Origin: Myxococcota bacterium
Lineage (GTDB): Bacteria > Myxococcota_A > Polyangia > Polyangiales > Sandaracinaceae
Direction: 5' to 3'
DNA: 64,000 nt
Assembly (NCBI GenBank): GCA_036149055.1
Contig: JAYZQJ010000149.1
Span: forward strand, 27,852-91,851
The translations under genes and the position numbers were made by a program. Under the pieces are notes generated by a model. The model was not told where the DNA came from and searched no databases. It saw only the letters and a list, made by a program, of their open reading frames with translations. Position 1 is the stretch's first letter. Each line of letters opens with the position of its first letter. Below are positions 53,913 to 63,005 of the stretch, in pieces.

Positions 53913-54673
53913 CCGCCGAGGCGCGCATCGAGCGCTACGAGCAGGCCTACCAGGACGACTACGGCTACGAGGCGTGGCTCGTCCGGGCGAGGCGCGGAGC
54001 GACGCTGGCCGCGATGGAGGCGGCGAAGCCCCGGTGCGTGGTCGAGATCGGCTGCGGCACCGAGCCCCTCTTCGGCGAGGCCGGGCATCAGGCCGACGCG
54101 GTCGAGCGCTGGGTCACGGTCGAGCCGGCGGACACCTTCCGGCGCGCCGCCGAGGCGCTGGCCGCGCGCGAGCCTCGCCTGCGGGTGATCGGCGACTTCT
54201 TCGAGCGGGCGCTCGACGACGTCCGGGACGCGCTCGGCGGCGACGCGGACTTCGTGGTGCTCGACGGCCTGCTCCACGAGCTGCCCGATCCGGCGGCCAT
54301 GCTCCGGGCCGCGCACACGATCCTCGGCCCCGGCGGCGTGCTCCACGTCAGCGTGCCCAACGCGTTCTCGCTGCACCGCCGGCTGGCCCACGCGATGGGG
54401 CTGATCGACGACGTGCACACGCTCTCGGCCCGCAACGTCGCGCTCGAGCAGGCCCGGGTCTACGACCCGGAGTCGCTGCGCGCCGCGCTCGAGGCGGCCG
54501 GCTTCGATGACGTCGACGTCGGCGGGCACACCATCAAGCCGTTCACGAACGCGCAGATGGAGGCGGTCGAGGCGGCGCTCGGACCGGGCGTGCTGGACGG
54601 CCTCGCGAGCCTCGGCGAGTCGCTCCCGGCGCTCGCGGCCGAGATCACCGCCGACGCGCGGAGACCCTCGTGA
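53909..54673 (+). CDS. Class I SAM-dependent methyltransferase
   Basis: VVEIGCG, LLHE..DP, VSVPNAFSLHRRLA, KPFT..QM; GTGA coupling to the upstream gene. Confidence 0.85.
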   Translation: MTAEARIERYEQAYQDDYGYEAWLVRARRGATLAAMEAAKPRCVVEIGCGTEPLFGEAGHQADAVERWVTVEPADTFRRAAEALAAREPRLRVIGDFFERALDDVRDALGGDADFVVLDGLLHELPDPAAMLRAAHTILGPGGVLHVSVPNAFSLHRRLAHAMGLIDDVHTLSARNVALEQARVYDPESLRAALEAAGFDDVDVGGHTIKPFTNAQMEAVEAALGPGVLDGLASLGESLPALAAEITADARRPS

Positions 54674-55611
54674 TCGTGCGCGCCTACGAGCCGGGCGACG
54701 CGGCCCGGTGGGACGAGCACGTCGCGCGCTGCCCCAAGGGCACGGTGCTGCACACGCGCCGCTTCCTCGGCTACCACCGCAACCGCTTCGAGGACGCGTC
54801 GCTCGTGGTGCAGGACGGCGGCAAGTGGGCGGCGGTGATGCCGGCGGCCCGGGTCGACGGCGTCGTGGTGAGCCACCCGGGCGCCACCTTCGGCGGCGTG
54901 CTGGTGCCGAAGCACGCGAACGCGCGCGCGGTGGACGAGGCGCTCGCCGCGATCCGGGCGCACCTCGCCGGGCGCGCGGAGGCGCTGGTCCTCGGGCTCC
55001 CGCCGTCGCACGTCGCCGACCAGCCCGAGGAGACGGATCTGCACGCGTGCTGGCGCGCGGGCGGCGTCCTGGAGCGGCTCGATCTCTGGAGCGTGGTGGA
55101 CCTGCGCGCGCCGATGAAGACCGACCTGCGCAGCGCGAAGAAGGGGCGCCTCCAGGGCGTGTGCGCGCGGCCCGAGGAGGAGGAGGAGGCCTACGTCGAG
55201 CTCCACGAGATCCTCTGCGAGAACCTCGAGGCGCAGCACGGCGTGCGGCCGGTGCACACGGTGGAGGAGCTGCTCGACCTGCGCGAGCGGCTCGGGGAGA
55301 GTCAGGAGCTCTGGGTCGCGCGCGACGCCGACGGACGCATGGTCGCGGGCAGCTGGCTGCTCCAGCACCGCGAGGGCGCGTGGCACACCCAGTACCTCGC
55401 CTGCGCGCCGGCCGGTCGCGCGCTCCGCGCCCAGGACGTCCTGATGCACGAGCTCGTCCTGCGCTTCGCCGAGGCCGACGAGCGCACCCTCTCCTTCGGC
55501 GCGTGCACCGAGCAGGGCGGCCGCGAGGTCAACGACGGCCTGCTGACCTTCAAGACGAAGTTCGGCGCCGGCGCCGCGACCGCCGCCCGCTTCCGCTTCA
55601 CGCTGGAATGA
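54670..55611 (+). CDS. GNAT/FemAB-like acyltransferase of sugar-modification clusters
   Basis: HTRRFLGYH..RFEDASL, SHPGATFGG, PVHT..E, HTQY, NDGLLTFK..FG. Confidence 0.85.
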   Translation: MIVRAYEPGDAARWDEHVARCPKGTVLHTRRFLGYHRNRFEDASLVVQDGGKWAAVMPAARVDGVVVSHPGATFGGVLVPKHANARAVDEALAAIRAHLAGRAEALVLGLPPSHVADQPEETDLHACWRAGGVLERLDLWSVVDLRAPMKTDLRSAKKGRLQGVCARPEEEEEAYVELHEILCENLEAQHGVRPVHTVEELLDLRERLGESQELWVARDADGRMVAGSWLLQHREGAWHTQYLACAPAGRALRAQDVLMHELVLRFAEADERTLSFGACTEQGGREVNDGLLTFKTKFGAGAATAARFRFTLE

Positions 55612-55658
55612 GGGAAGGTCTCCGGGGCGCTACCGTAGCCTGCGCCCAGGAGACCTCC

Positions 55659-56300
55659 GTGAAAGACAAACAGCACTACTTGGTCCCGGTCCTGGCGGGC
55701 GGCGTGCTCGCCGCGGTCCTGTCGGCCATCCCGATCGTCAACTACTGCAACCTCATCTTCTGCATGTGGATGCTGCTCGGGGCCGGCCTGGCCGTGAAGC
55801 TCGTCCAGGACAAGACCAACACGGTCGACGGCAAGGAGGGCGCGATGATCGGCCTCCTCACCGGCCTGGTGACCGGCGGGCTGTTCGCGGTCCTGTATCT
55901 CTTGATGTTCCTCATCTTCGGCGCGGCGATGATCCCCGGCGCGGCCGCGGGTGAGGTCGAGGGCGCGCTCGGCGGCACGGTGATGATGCTCGTCATCACC
56001 GTCGGCAGCTGCTTCGTGGCGCTCTTCGCGTTCGGCGGCTTCGGCGCGCTCGGCGGCCTGCTCGCCTCCATGATCTTCCCGCCGAAGAACGACGACGCGG
56101 GCGGCGGCGGCGGCGGCGGCTTCGCGCAGGCGCCCAGCGCGCCTGGCTTCGGTCAGCCCCCGGGCGGTCCCGGCGCGCCTCCGGCCGGCGGCTTCGGTCC
56201 GCCTCCCGGCGGCCCCGGCGCGCCCCCCGCGGGCGGCTTCGGTCAGCCTCCGAGCGGCGGGGGCCAGCCCCCGGGCGGCGGATCGCCCTGGGGTCAGTGA
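55659..56300 (+). CDS. Four-TM membrane protein with Gly/Pro-rich repeat tail
   Basis: LSAIP....N..FC.W motif, GA..G..TG; GGFGxPPGGPGAPPA repeats; AGGAG RBS. Confidence 0.7.
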   Translation: MKDKQHYLVPVLAGGVLAAVLSAIPIVNYCNLIFCMWMLLGAGLAVKLVQDKTNTVDGKEGAMIGLLTGLVTGGLFAVLYLLMFLIFGAAMIPGAAAGEVEGALGGTVMMLVITVGSCFVALFAFGGFGALGGLLASMIFPPKNDDAGGGGGGGFAQAPSAPGFGQPPGGPGAPPAGGFGPPPGGPGAPPAGGFGQPPSGGGQPPGGGSPWGQ

Positions 56301-56752
56301 GGCGAGTGGGCGTCGCCGGCGCCATCGCCGCCTGGTTCGCGGTCATCGCGATCCTGGCGGCGGCGCCGGTCTTCGCCCCCGACACCGCCCTCGCGATCAT
56401 CGCGCGGGTGGTGTTCTCCGGGCTCTGTCACCAGATCCCGGAGCGGAGCTTCGGCCACGACGGCCACCTGCTCGCGGTCTGCGCGCGCTGCGCGGGCATC
56501 TACGCCGGCCTCGCGCTCGGCCCTCTGCTCGCGATCGCGCACCCGCTCGCGCCGCGCCGCGCGCGCTGGTGGGTGATCGGCGCCGTCCCGATGGCGACCC
56601 AGGTCCTCCTGGCGTGGATCTGGCCGGCCCTCGACCTCGGCTGGCTGCGCGCCCTGACCGGGATCTGGGCCGGGCTCTTCGGCGGCTGGCTCCTCGCGTC
56701 CGCCCTGTCGGCGCCGCGCGAGACGCTGGATCGCGCCCCGGCGTCCGCGTAG
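56297..56752 (+). CDS. DUF2085 family membrane protein
   Basis: CHQIPERSF...VCARCAGIY, RALTG. Confidence 0.85.
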   Translation: MRRVGVAGAIAAWFAVIAILAAAPVFAPDTALAIIARVVFSGLCHQIPERSFGHDGHLLAVCARCAGIYAGLALGPLLAIAHPLAPRRARWWVIGAVPMATQVLLAWIWPALDLGWLRALTGIWAGLFGGWLLASALSAPRETLDRAPASA

Positions 56753-56765
56753 CATCCGGGGAGGA

Positions 56766-57122
56766 ATGGCGACGATCCTGGTGGTGGACGACGAGCCCGA
56801 CGTCCGCTTCCTCGTGCGCATCGTGGCGACGCAGCGCGGCCACGAGGTGCTGGAAGCGGCGGACGGGATGGAGGCGCTCGAGGTGCTCCGCGCGAGCGCG
56901 GTCGACGCCGTGGTCACCGACCTGAACATGCCGCGCATGAGCGGCGTGACGCTCCGCGAGAGGATCCGGGAGGCGTGGCCCGATCTGCCCGTGCTGCTCT
57001 GGACCGCGAGCCGACACCCGACGCACGAAGGAGAGCCGGTGACCGACGCGCTCGACAAGTCTCCCCTCGACCTCGATCTCGACGCCTTGCTGCGCGCCGG
57101 GAGCACGGAGGTGGCGTCGTGA
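56766..57122 (+). CDS. Single-domain response regulator (receiver)
   Basis: ILVVDDE, TDLNMPRMSG, TA, K; GGAGG RBS. Confidence 0.9.
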   Translation: MATILVVDDEPDVRFLVRIVATQRGHEVLEAADGMEALEVLRASAVDAVVTDLNMPRMSGVTLRERIREAWPDLPVLLWTASRHPTHEGEPVTDALDKSPLDLDLDALLRAGSTEVAS

Positions 57123-58573
57123 GCGAGCACGCGCGGATCTCCACCGGCGACGACAACCTCGACCGGGTGCTGAGCGGCGGCCTCATCGCCGGCTCGACCG
57201 TGGTCATCAGCGGCCCCCCGGGGGCGGGCAAGAGCATCCTCGCCCAGCAGATCGTCTTCACCAACGCGACGCCCGAGCGCCCGGCGCTCCTCGTCAGCAC
57301 CTTCTCGGAGCCGCAGTCGAAGCTCGTCGCCCACCTCTCGGGCTTCGACTTCTTCGACGAGGACGCCTTCGGGGACCGCATCCGGCCGCTCACCCTGGTC
57401 GACGCGCTGCGGAGCGAGGCGGGGCTCGACCGCGTCGTCGACGAGCTCACCGCGGAGGTGGTGCGCAGCCGGCCGTCGATCGTGGTCATCGACTCGGCGA
57501 AGGCGCTCACCGACGGCACCGCGTCCCCGCGGCTCCGCTCCTCGATGTACGAGCTGGTCGCCCGGCTGTCGCACACCGGCGCGACGCTCCTGCTCGTCGG
57601 CGAGTACGACGACGAGGCGATCGCGACCCGGCCCGAGTTCGCCGTCACCGACGCCATCCTCCAGCTGAGCAACGACGCGGTCGGCGCCGTCGACCGACGC
57701 GCGCTCCGGGTCGCCAAGCTCCGAGGCTCGGGCTTCGTCTCGGGGCGCCACTCCCTCGCGCTCTCGAGCGCGGGGGTCCAGGTCTTCCCGCGCCTCGAGT
57801 CGATCGTGCAGACCGCCGACATCTCCGCGCTCCAGGGCCGAGCCTCGCTCGGGATCGAGGGGCTCGACGAGCGCGTGGGCGGCGGCCTCCCGGCCGGCGA
57901 CGCGACCCTCCTGATGGGACCCTCCGGCGCCGGCAAGACGGTGCTCTGCCTCCACTTCACCGGCGCGGGCGTGGCGGCGGGCGACCGCTGTCTCTACGTG
58001 TCGCTCGAGGAGGCGCCCGACGCGCTGACGGCCAAGTGGCGCTCCTTCGGCATGCCGCTCGACGAGGCGCTGGCCGACGGGCGGCTCGTGCTGCACCACG
58101 CGCCGATCACCGAGCTCGACATCGACCGGCTCGGCGACGACGTCGCCCGGATCCTGCGCGAGCACCGCCCGACGCGGGTGGTCTTCGACAGCCTCGGCGA
58201 GCTGGCGGTGGGGGCGCAGCGGGAGGGCCGCCACCCCGGCTACATCTGGTCGCTGGCCAACCTCGCTCGGCGGGACGGCGCGTCGGTGATCTTCACCCAG
58301 GAGACGATGGCGTTCGGCGGCGAGGCGCCGGGCGGCGTCGGCTTCAGCCACCTCTTCCACAACGTGCTCTTCCTCCGCTACCTGGAGCGGCCGGACCGGC
58401 TGAGCCGCGCGCTGACGGTGGTGAAGATGCGCGACTCGGCGCACGCCACCGGGCTGCTCGAGCTGTCGATCCACGCGGACGGCATGCGCGCGGAGAGCGT
58501 GATCGCGAAGGCGTCCGGGATGCTCGGCTGGTCGACCCTCTCGGTGACCGAGACCGGCGAAGGCACGGGCTGA
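57119..58573 (+). CDS. KaiC/RAD55-family double-domain ATPase
   Basis: Two RecA-like domains: GPPGAGKS and GPSGAGKT, IDS/FDS, KLRGS and KMRDS, VFPRL linker; GTGA coupling to the receiver gene. Confidence 0.9.
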   Translation: MSEHARISTGDDNLDRVLSGGLIAGSTVVISGPPGAGKSILAQQIVFTNATPERPALLVSTFSEPQSKLVAHLSGFDFFDEDAFGDRIRPLTLVDALRSEAGLDRVVDELTAEVVRSRPSIVVIDSAKALTDGTASPRLRSSMYELVARLSHTGATLLLVGEYDDEAIATRPEFAVTDAILQLSNDAVGAVDRRALRVAKLRGSGFVSGRHSLALSSAGVQVFPRLESIVQTADISALQGRASLGIEGLDERVGGGLPAGDATLLMGPSGAGKTVLCLHFTGAGVAAGDRCLYVSLEEAPDALTAKWRSFGMPLDEALADGRLVLHHAPITELDIDRLGDDVARILREHRPTRVVFDSLGELAVGAQREGRHPGYIWSLANLARRDGASVIFTQETMAFGGEAPGGVGFSHLFHNVLFLRYLERPDRLSRALTVVKMRDSAHATGLLELSIHADGMRAESVIAKASGMLGWSTLSVTETGEGTG

Positions 58574-60358
58574 TCAGGCGGCGCTCGCCTCCGCCGAGCT
58601 GACGAGAGAGACGATCCGCGCCTCCGGCACCTCGAAGTCGCGGTGGATCGGGTCGGGGTGGCTGCCCTCGATCTGGGCGCCGCGCACGAAGCGGAGATCG
58701 ACGCCGGCCGCGCGGCCGAGCCCGTCGAAGTAGTGCGGCGGGGCGCTCTCGCCCCAGAGGCCGAGCATCGTCGCCCCCTCGCGCATGAACACGACGTTGG
58801 TCATGCCCGCGCCGACGGTCAGGACCACCGTCTCGGCGTTGGCGAAGAGCTGCACCTGCTCGCGGAAGCTCAGCGACACGGGATCGACGAGGGTGAAGCC
58901 CCGCGCCTCGAGCGCGGCGGCGATGGCCGCCTCGTTCACGCAGCCGCGACGCACGCTCCGGCGGGTGAGCATCACGCGCTTCGGGGTGTCGACGTCGGTG
59001 TCGACCCGAGCCAGGACCGCCTCGCGCAGGCGCCGCACCGTCTCGGGCGCGATCATCATCTTCGAGAACGGCACCCGCGGATCGTCGGGGATCATGCCGC
59101 CGAGCGACGGCACCACCAGCCGCTCCACCGCGATCCGGCTGTCCGGGCGGAGCTCGACCACCTCGCGCCCGGGCGCGAGCAGCGTCAGCGCCTCCTTGCA
59201 CTGCGCGGGCAGCGCCGCGTTGACGAGCAGCGGCAGCGCCTCGGCGCCCGGCAGCTCGGCCGCGAAGAGCACCTTGGGGAGGTGCTCGACCGTCCAGTGG
59301 AAGTAGTTCCGCGCCGCGCGGCCGCCGATCAGCACCGCCGCCTCGAGGCGCCGGGTGACGGCGCGAGGGCGGAAGATCAGGGTGCTCCCGTTCGGGTGGT
59401 TCCAGCCCGCGTACTCCGGCACGTTGTCCTGCCGGAGGCGCGGCGAGAGGCTCTCGTCGTAGACCGCGAGCGCGTCGCCGACGGTGACCACGCCGCTCTC
59501 GCCGATCACCTCGGCGCCCGACACCTCGGTCACGTGGAGCGGGGGCGTGCGCTCGTGGTGCGGGCCGTCCTCGCGGAACGGCGGCTCGTAGCGCGGCGAG
59601 GGGACCACGCAGGGCTCGGCGGCCGCGATCTCCACCTGCGCCGCGGCGTGGGCCGCGATCGGGGTCTCGCGCAGCATCACCGCCTCGCGCGCGTGCAGCA
59701 CCGAGGCGGCGGCTCCATAGCGCTGGGTCCGGAGGGCGTGCCACGCGCCGAGCGCCTGCTGCGCCTCCTCGCCGCGCCCCATCTCCATCAGCGTCCGGCC
59801 GAGCCGCTCCACCGCGTCGACCGCGCGGGCGTGGCCGGGGAAGCGGCGCCGCAGCTCGTGGGACGCCTCGATGGCGGCCTGATGGCGGCCGGCGGCGCGG
59901 CGCCAGTCCGCGAGATCGAACCAGGCCTCCACGTCCTCGGGGGAGAGCACGAGGGCGTCCTCCAGGCACGCGATGGCCTGCGCGTAGCGTCGCTCGCGGT
60001 AGAGCAGCGGGGCCTGCTCGAGCAGCGGCCGCGCCGCCTCCACCCCGGAGACGAGCGCGCGCGCCGCCTCCGCCTCGGCGTGACGCCCCAGCGCCTCGAG
60101 GCAGCGCGCCCTCCCCTGCAGCGCGCCGACGTCCCGCCGGTCGAGCTCGCGGGCCGCGGTCCACATCGCGAGGGCCATCTCCACGCCTCCGCGCGCCTCG
60201 AGGGCCGCGCCCATGGCGCAGAGGATGTGGCCCCGGTTGGGGTGGGCCGCGACGAGCTGCTTCAGCCGCGCCATGCCGCCGGGATCCCCCGCCGCCACCG
60301 CGTCCGCAGCCTCGTCCACGCGCCGCGCGAGCGCGGGGCTGAGTCTCTGCCTCTCCAT
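58574..60358 (-). CDS. TPR plus glycosyltransferase family 61 (DUF563) protein
   Basis: N-terminal TPR helices; NYFHW..E.LP, NE, LSFREQVQLF..A..VV...GAGMTN. Confidence 0.85.
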   Translation of the reverse strand: MERQRLSPALARRVDEAADAVAAGDPGGMARLKQLVAAHPNRGHILCAMGAALEARGGVEMALAMWTAARELDRRDVGALQGRARCLEALGRHAEAEAARALVSGVEAARPLLEQAPLLYRERRYAQAIACLEDALVLSPEDVEAWFDLADWRRAAGRHQAAIEASHELRRRFPGHARAVDAVERLGRTLMEMGRGEEAQQALGAWHALRTQRYGAAASVLHAREAVMLRETPIAAHAAAQVEIAAAEPCVVPSPRYEPPFREDGPHHERTPPLHVTEVSGAEVIGESGVVTVGDALAVYDESLSPRLRQDNVPEYAGWNHPNGSTLIFRPRAVTRRLEAAVLIGGRAARNYFHWTVEHLPKVLFAAELPGAEALPLLVNAALPAQCKEALTLLAPGREVVELRPDSRIAVERLVVPSLGGMIPDDPRVPFSKMMIAPETVRRLREAVLARVDTDVDTPKRVMLTRRSVRRGCVNEAAIAAALEARGFTLVDPVSLSFREQVQLFANAETVVLTVGAGMTNVVFMREGATMLGLWGESAPPHYFDGLGRAAGVDLRFVRGAQIEGSHPDPIHRDFEVPEARIVSLVSSAEASAA

Positions 60359-60367
60359 GCCCTCTCA

Positions 60368-60433
60368 CTCGGACGCGGGGGCCGAGTCCTGAAGGTGTTT
60401 TCTTCCTCAAGATCCCCGCCGGGCCCGCCGTTT
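60368..60433. promoter_or_regulatory. Two back-to-back copies of a sigma28-like promoter motif
   Basis: Plus strand TCAAG-N15-GCCGTT (60407-60432); minus strand TTCAG-N15-TCCGAG (60393-60368). Confidence 0.45.
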
Positions 60434-60441
60434 CGCGAGAC

Positions 60442-60957
60442 ATGAGGCGAGACGTGAGCACCGCAGAGCTGTTCGACCGCGAGTTCCCGGCCGCGCGCCG
60501 GGCGCCCCACCTGGCGCCGGTGCCGTCCTACGCCCGCCCGCTCGCCGTGAAGCGCGCGATGGAGGTCGACCTCAGCGTGATCCGCGATCACCGCGGCGAC
60601 CTCGTGGTGGCCGAGCTCGGCAAGCACCTGCCGTTCGTGGCCCGCCGCATGTACTCGCTGGTGCGCGTGCCCGAGGGAGAGGCCCGCGGCGGCCACGCCC
60701 ACAAGGAGCTCGAGCAGCTCCTCTTCGTGCTGCACGGCGCGCTCGACCTCGTGCTCGACGACGGCGAGACCCAGCAGCGCGTACGCCTCGACGACCCGGA
60801 GAAGGCCATCTACCTCCGCCCGATGGTCTGGCGCGAGCTCGAGCGCTTCGCGCCCGGCACCGTCTGCGTGGTCCTCGCCTCCGAGGTCTACGACGAGAGC
60901 GACTACCTCCGCAGCTACGACGACTTCACCGACGAGCTCGCGCGCCTCGGGTGGTGA
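60442..60957 (+). CDS. fdtA: FdtA/QdtA-family cupin, dTDP-4-keto-6-deoxyhexose 3,4-ketoisomerase
   Basis: DHRGDL, PF..RR.Y, RGGHAHK, LDDG, MVWRE, VLAS..YDESDY.R.Y. Confidence 0.9.
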   Translation: MRRDVSTAELFDREFPAARRAPHLAPVPSYARPLAVKRAMEVDLSVIRDHRGDLVVAELGKHLPFVARRMYSLVRVPEGEARGGHAHKELEQLLFVLHGALDLVLDDGETQQRVRLDDPEKAIYLRPMVWRELERFAPGTVCVVLASEVYDESDYLRSYDDFTDELARLGW

Positions 60958-61885
60958 GCGGCGCGACGGCCTCGGCGATGCGCGCGAGGTGCTCCGGATC
61001 GGTGCCGCAGCAGCCGCCGAGCACGGTGAGCTCGTGCGCCTTCGCCAGCGCGGCGAGCTCTCGGGCCAGCGCCATCGGATCGCCCCGGTCGAGCTCGGTC
61101 GAGGCGTCGAGCTCGGCGTGGCTCTTGCGCGACGCGTTGACCCGCAGCCCCCGGAAGCGGGCGAGCCACGGGGCGTCGGCCTCCTGCGCCGCCCGCAGGG
61201 TCGGCGCCACGTGCGCCGGGTGCACGCAGTTGGCGGCGTAGAAGAGCGGGTAGCCGCCGGTCGCGTCGTCCACCCGCGCCACGAGCTCCCCGAGCGAGGC
61301 GCCGTCCACGAGCGCGCCGTCGGTCTCGAGGGTCGGAGAGATGGCGACCGGGAGGTCGACCTCGCGGCACGCCCGCGCGATCCCGACCGACTCGGCGACG
61401 CTCGTCATCGTCCACGCGGTCACGAGCTCGACCCCGGCCTCCGCGCACGCCTCGAGCTGCGGCCGGTGATAAGCCGCGGCCGCCTCGGGCGTGACCGGGC
61501 CCTCGAGCGCGTAGCCGTCTCCGCGCGGGCCGAGGTCCGCGGAGAGGACCGCCGGCGCGCCGGCTCCGGCCAGGAAGCGCCGCACCCGCGACGCCCCGAG
61601 CCGGGCGAAGCGCCGCACGTCACCCGGACGCGCGACCCAGTCGGGGGAGGCCCGCCAGCCGAGGGTGTCCGTCAGCAGGGCGAAGCCGTGGCGGCGCGCG
61701 GTCGCGGCGATCGGCCGGAGGAACCCGGCCTCGAAGCGCGCCCAGGCGTCGTCGTCGTCGAGCACGTCGAAGCTGCAGAAGTCCCGCAGCGCGACGCCCT
61801 GCTGGTAGATCAGGAACGTCTCCACCCCGGCGAACGTCAAGAGACGTCGCCCCTCCTCGATCGCCCGCGGCGTGTTCCTCGACAT
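60926..61885 (-). CDS. Homocysteine S-methyltransferase family protein
   Basis: GPRGDGY, ANCVHP, NASRKSHAELD, GGCCGTD. Confidence 0.9.
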   Translation of the reverse strand: MSRNTPRAIEEGRRLLTFAGVETFLIYQQGVALRDFCSFDVLDDDDAWARFEAGFLRPIAATARRHGFALLTDTLGWRASPDWVARPGDVRRFARLGASRVRRFLAGAGAPAVLSADLGPRGDGYALEGPVTPEAAAAYHRPQLEACAEAGVELVTAWTMTSVAESVGIARACREVDLPVAISPTLETDGALVDGASLGELVARVDDATGGYPLFYAANCVHPAHVAPTLRAAQEADAPWLARFRGLRVNASRKSHAELDASTELDRGDPMALARELAALAKAHELTVLGGCCGTDPEHLARIAEAVAPLTTRGARARR

Positions 61886-61909
61886 CGTCGCCCCCCGGGG
61901 GCGATGTAC

Positions 61910-63004
61910 TCACAGCGCGGCGGTGAGCGCGGCGACGACCTCGTCCTGCTGGGCTTCGGTGATCTCCGGGAACATCGGGAGCGACAGCATCGTGCGCGCC
62001 GCCTCCTCCGCGACGGGGAAGTCCCCCGGCGCGTGTCCGAGGTGGGCGAAGGCCCCTTGCAGGTGACAGGGCACCGGGTAGTGCACGCCGATCCCGACGC
62101 CCGCCGCCTCCATCGCCGCCTTCACCCGGTCGCGCTCCTCGACCCGCACCACGTAGAGGTGCCACACCGGCTCGGTGTCGTCGGGGGTCACCGGGAGCCG
62201 CACGCCGTCGATCCCGGCGAGGCGCTCGTGGTAGCGCGCGGCGGCGGCCCGGCGGGCCTCGGTCCAGCGCTCGAGGTGCGTCAGCTTCACCCCGAGGATC
62301 GCGGCCTGCATCGGGTCCAGGCGTGAATTGAAGCCGCGCTTGGGGTGGTGGTACTTCACCTCGCTGCCGTAGTTCCGGAGCGCGCGCAGCTCGGCCGCCA
62401 GCTCGTCGTCGTCGGTCATCACCGCGCCGCCGTCACCGTAGGCCCCGAGGTTCTTGCCCGGATAGAAGCTGGTCGCGGCCACGTCGCCGAAGGTGCCGGC
62501 GCGCTTCCCGCCGCGGCGCGCGCCGTGGGCCTGGGCGGCGTCCTCGACGATCGCGAGATCGCGGCGCTCGGCCAGCGCGGCCAGCGGCGCCATCGGCGCG
62601 ACCTGGCCGAAGAGGTGCACCGGCGCGATGGCCGAGGTCTCGCCGCCGATCGCGTCCTCGAGCCCGCGCGGGTCGAGCAGCAGGGTGTCGGGATCGACGT
62701 CGACGAAGACCGGCCGCAGCCCGGCGCGAACCGCGGCGAGCGGAGTGGCGATGAAGGTGTTGGCCGGCATCACCACCTCGCCCCGCAGCGCCAGCGCTCG
62801 GAACGCGAGCTCGAGCGCGTCGGTGCCGTTGGCGACGCCGATCGCGTGCGTCACCTCGCAGAAGCGCGCGAAGTCCCGCTCGAAGGCCTCGAGGTGCGGG
62901 CCGAGCACGAACGACGTGTCGTCGAGCACCCGCGCGATCGCCGCGTCGATCTCGGCGCGGATCGAGCGGAGCTGGGTCGCGAGGTCGACGAAGGGGACGC
63001 CCAT
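61910..63004 (-). CDS. DegT/DnrJ/EryC1/StrS aminotransferase (FdtB-like)
   Basis: VPFVDL, NGTDAL, EDAAQAHGA, SFYPGKNLGAYGDGG, NSRLD, VWHLYV. Confidence 0.93.
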   Translation of the reverse strand: MGVPFVDLATQLRSIRAEIDAAIARVLDDTSFVLGPHLEAFERDFARFCEVTHAIGVANGTDALELAFRALALRGEVVMPANTFIATPLAAVRAGLRPVFVDVDPDTLLLDPRGLEDAIGGETSAIAPVHLFGQVAPMAPLAALAERRDLAIVEDAAQAHGARRGGKRAGTFGDVAATSFYPGKNLGAYGDGGAVMTDDDELAAELRALRNYGSEVKYHHPKRGFNSRLDPMQAAILGVKLTHLERWTEARRAAAARYHERLAGIDGVRLPVTPDDTEPVWHLYVVRVEERDRVKAAMEAAGVGIGVHYPVPCHLQGAFAHLGHAPGDFPVAEEAARTMLSLPMFPEITEAQQDEVVAALTAAL

Positions 63005-63005
63005 C

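Noticed and set aside
57119..58573. Circadian clock kaiC
   Set aside because: No kaiA/kaiB nearby and the ST phosphosite pair is not conserved, so no gene symbol is assigned
60926..61885. Homocysteine methyltransferase as part of the sugar pathway
   Set aside because: Only adjacency supports it; a SAM-recycling link is conceivable but unsupported
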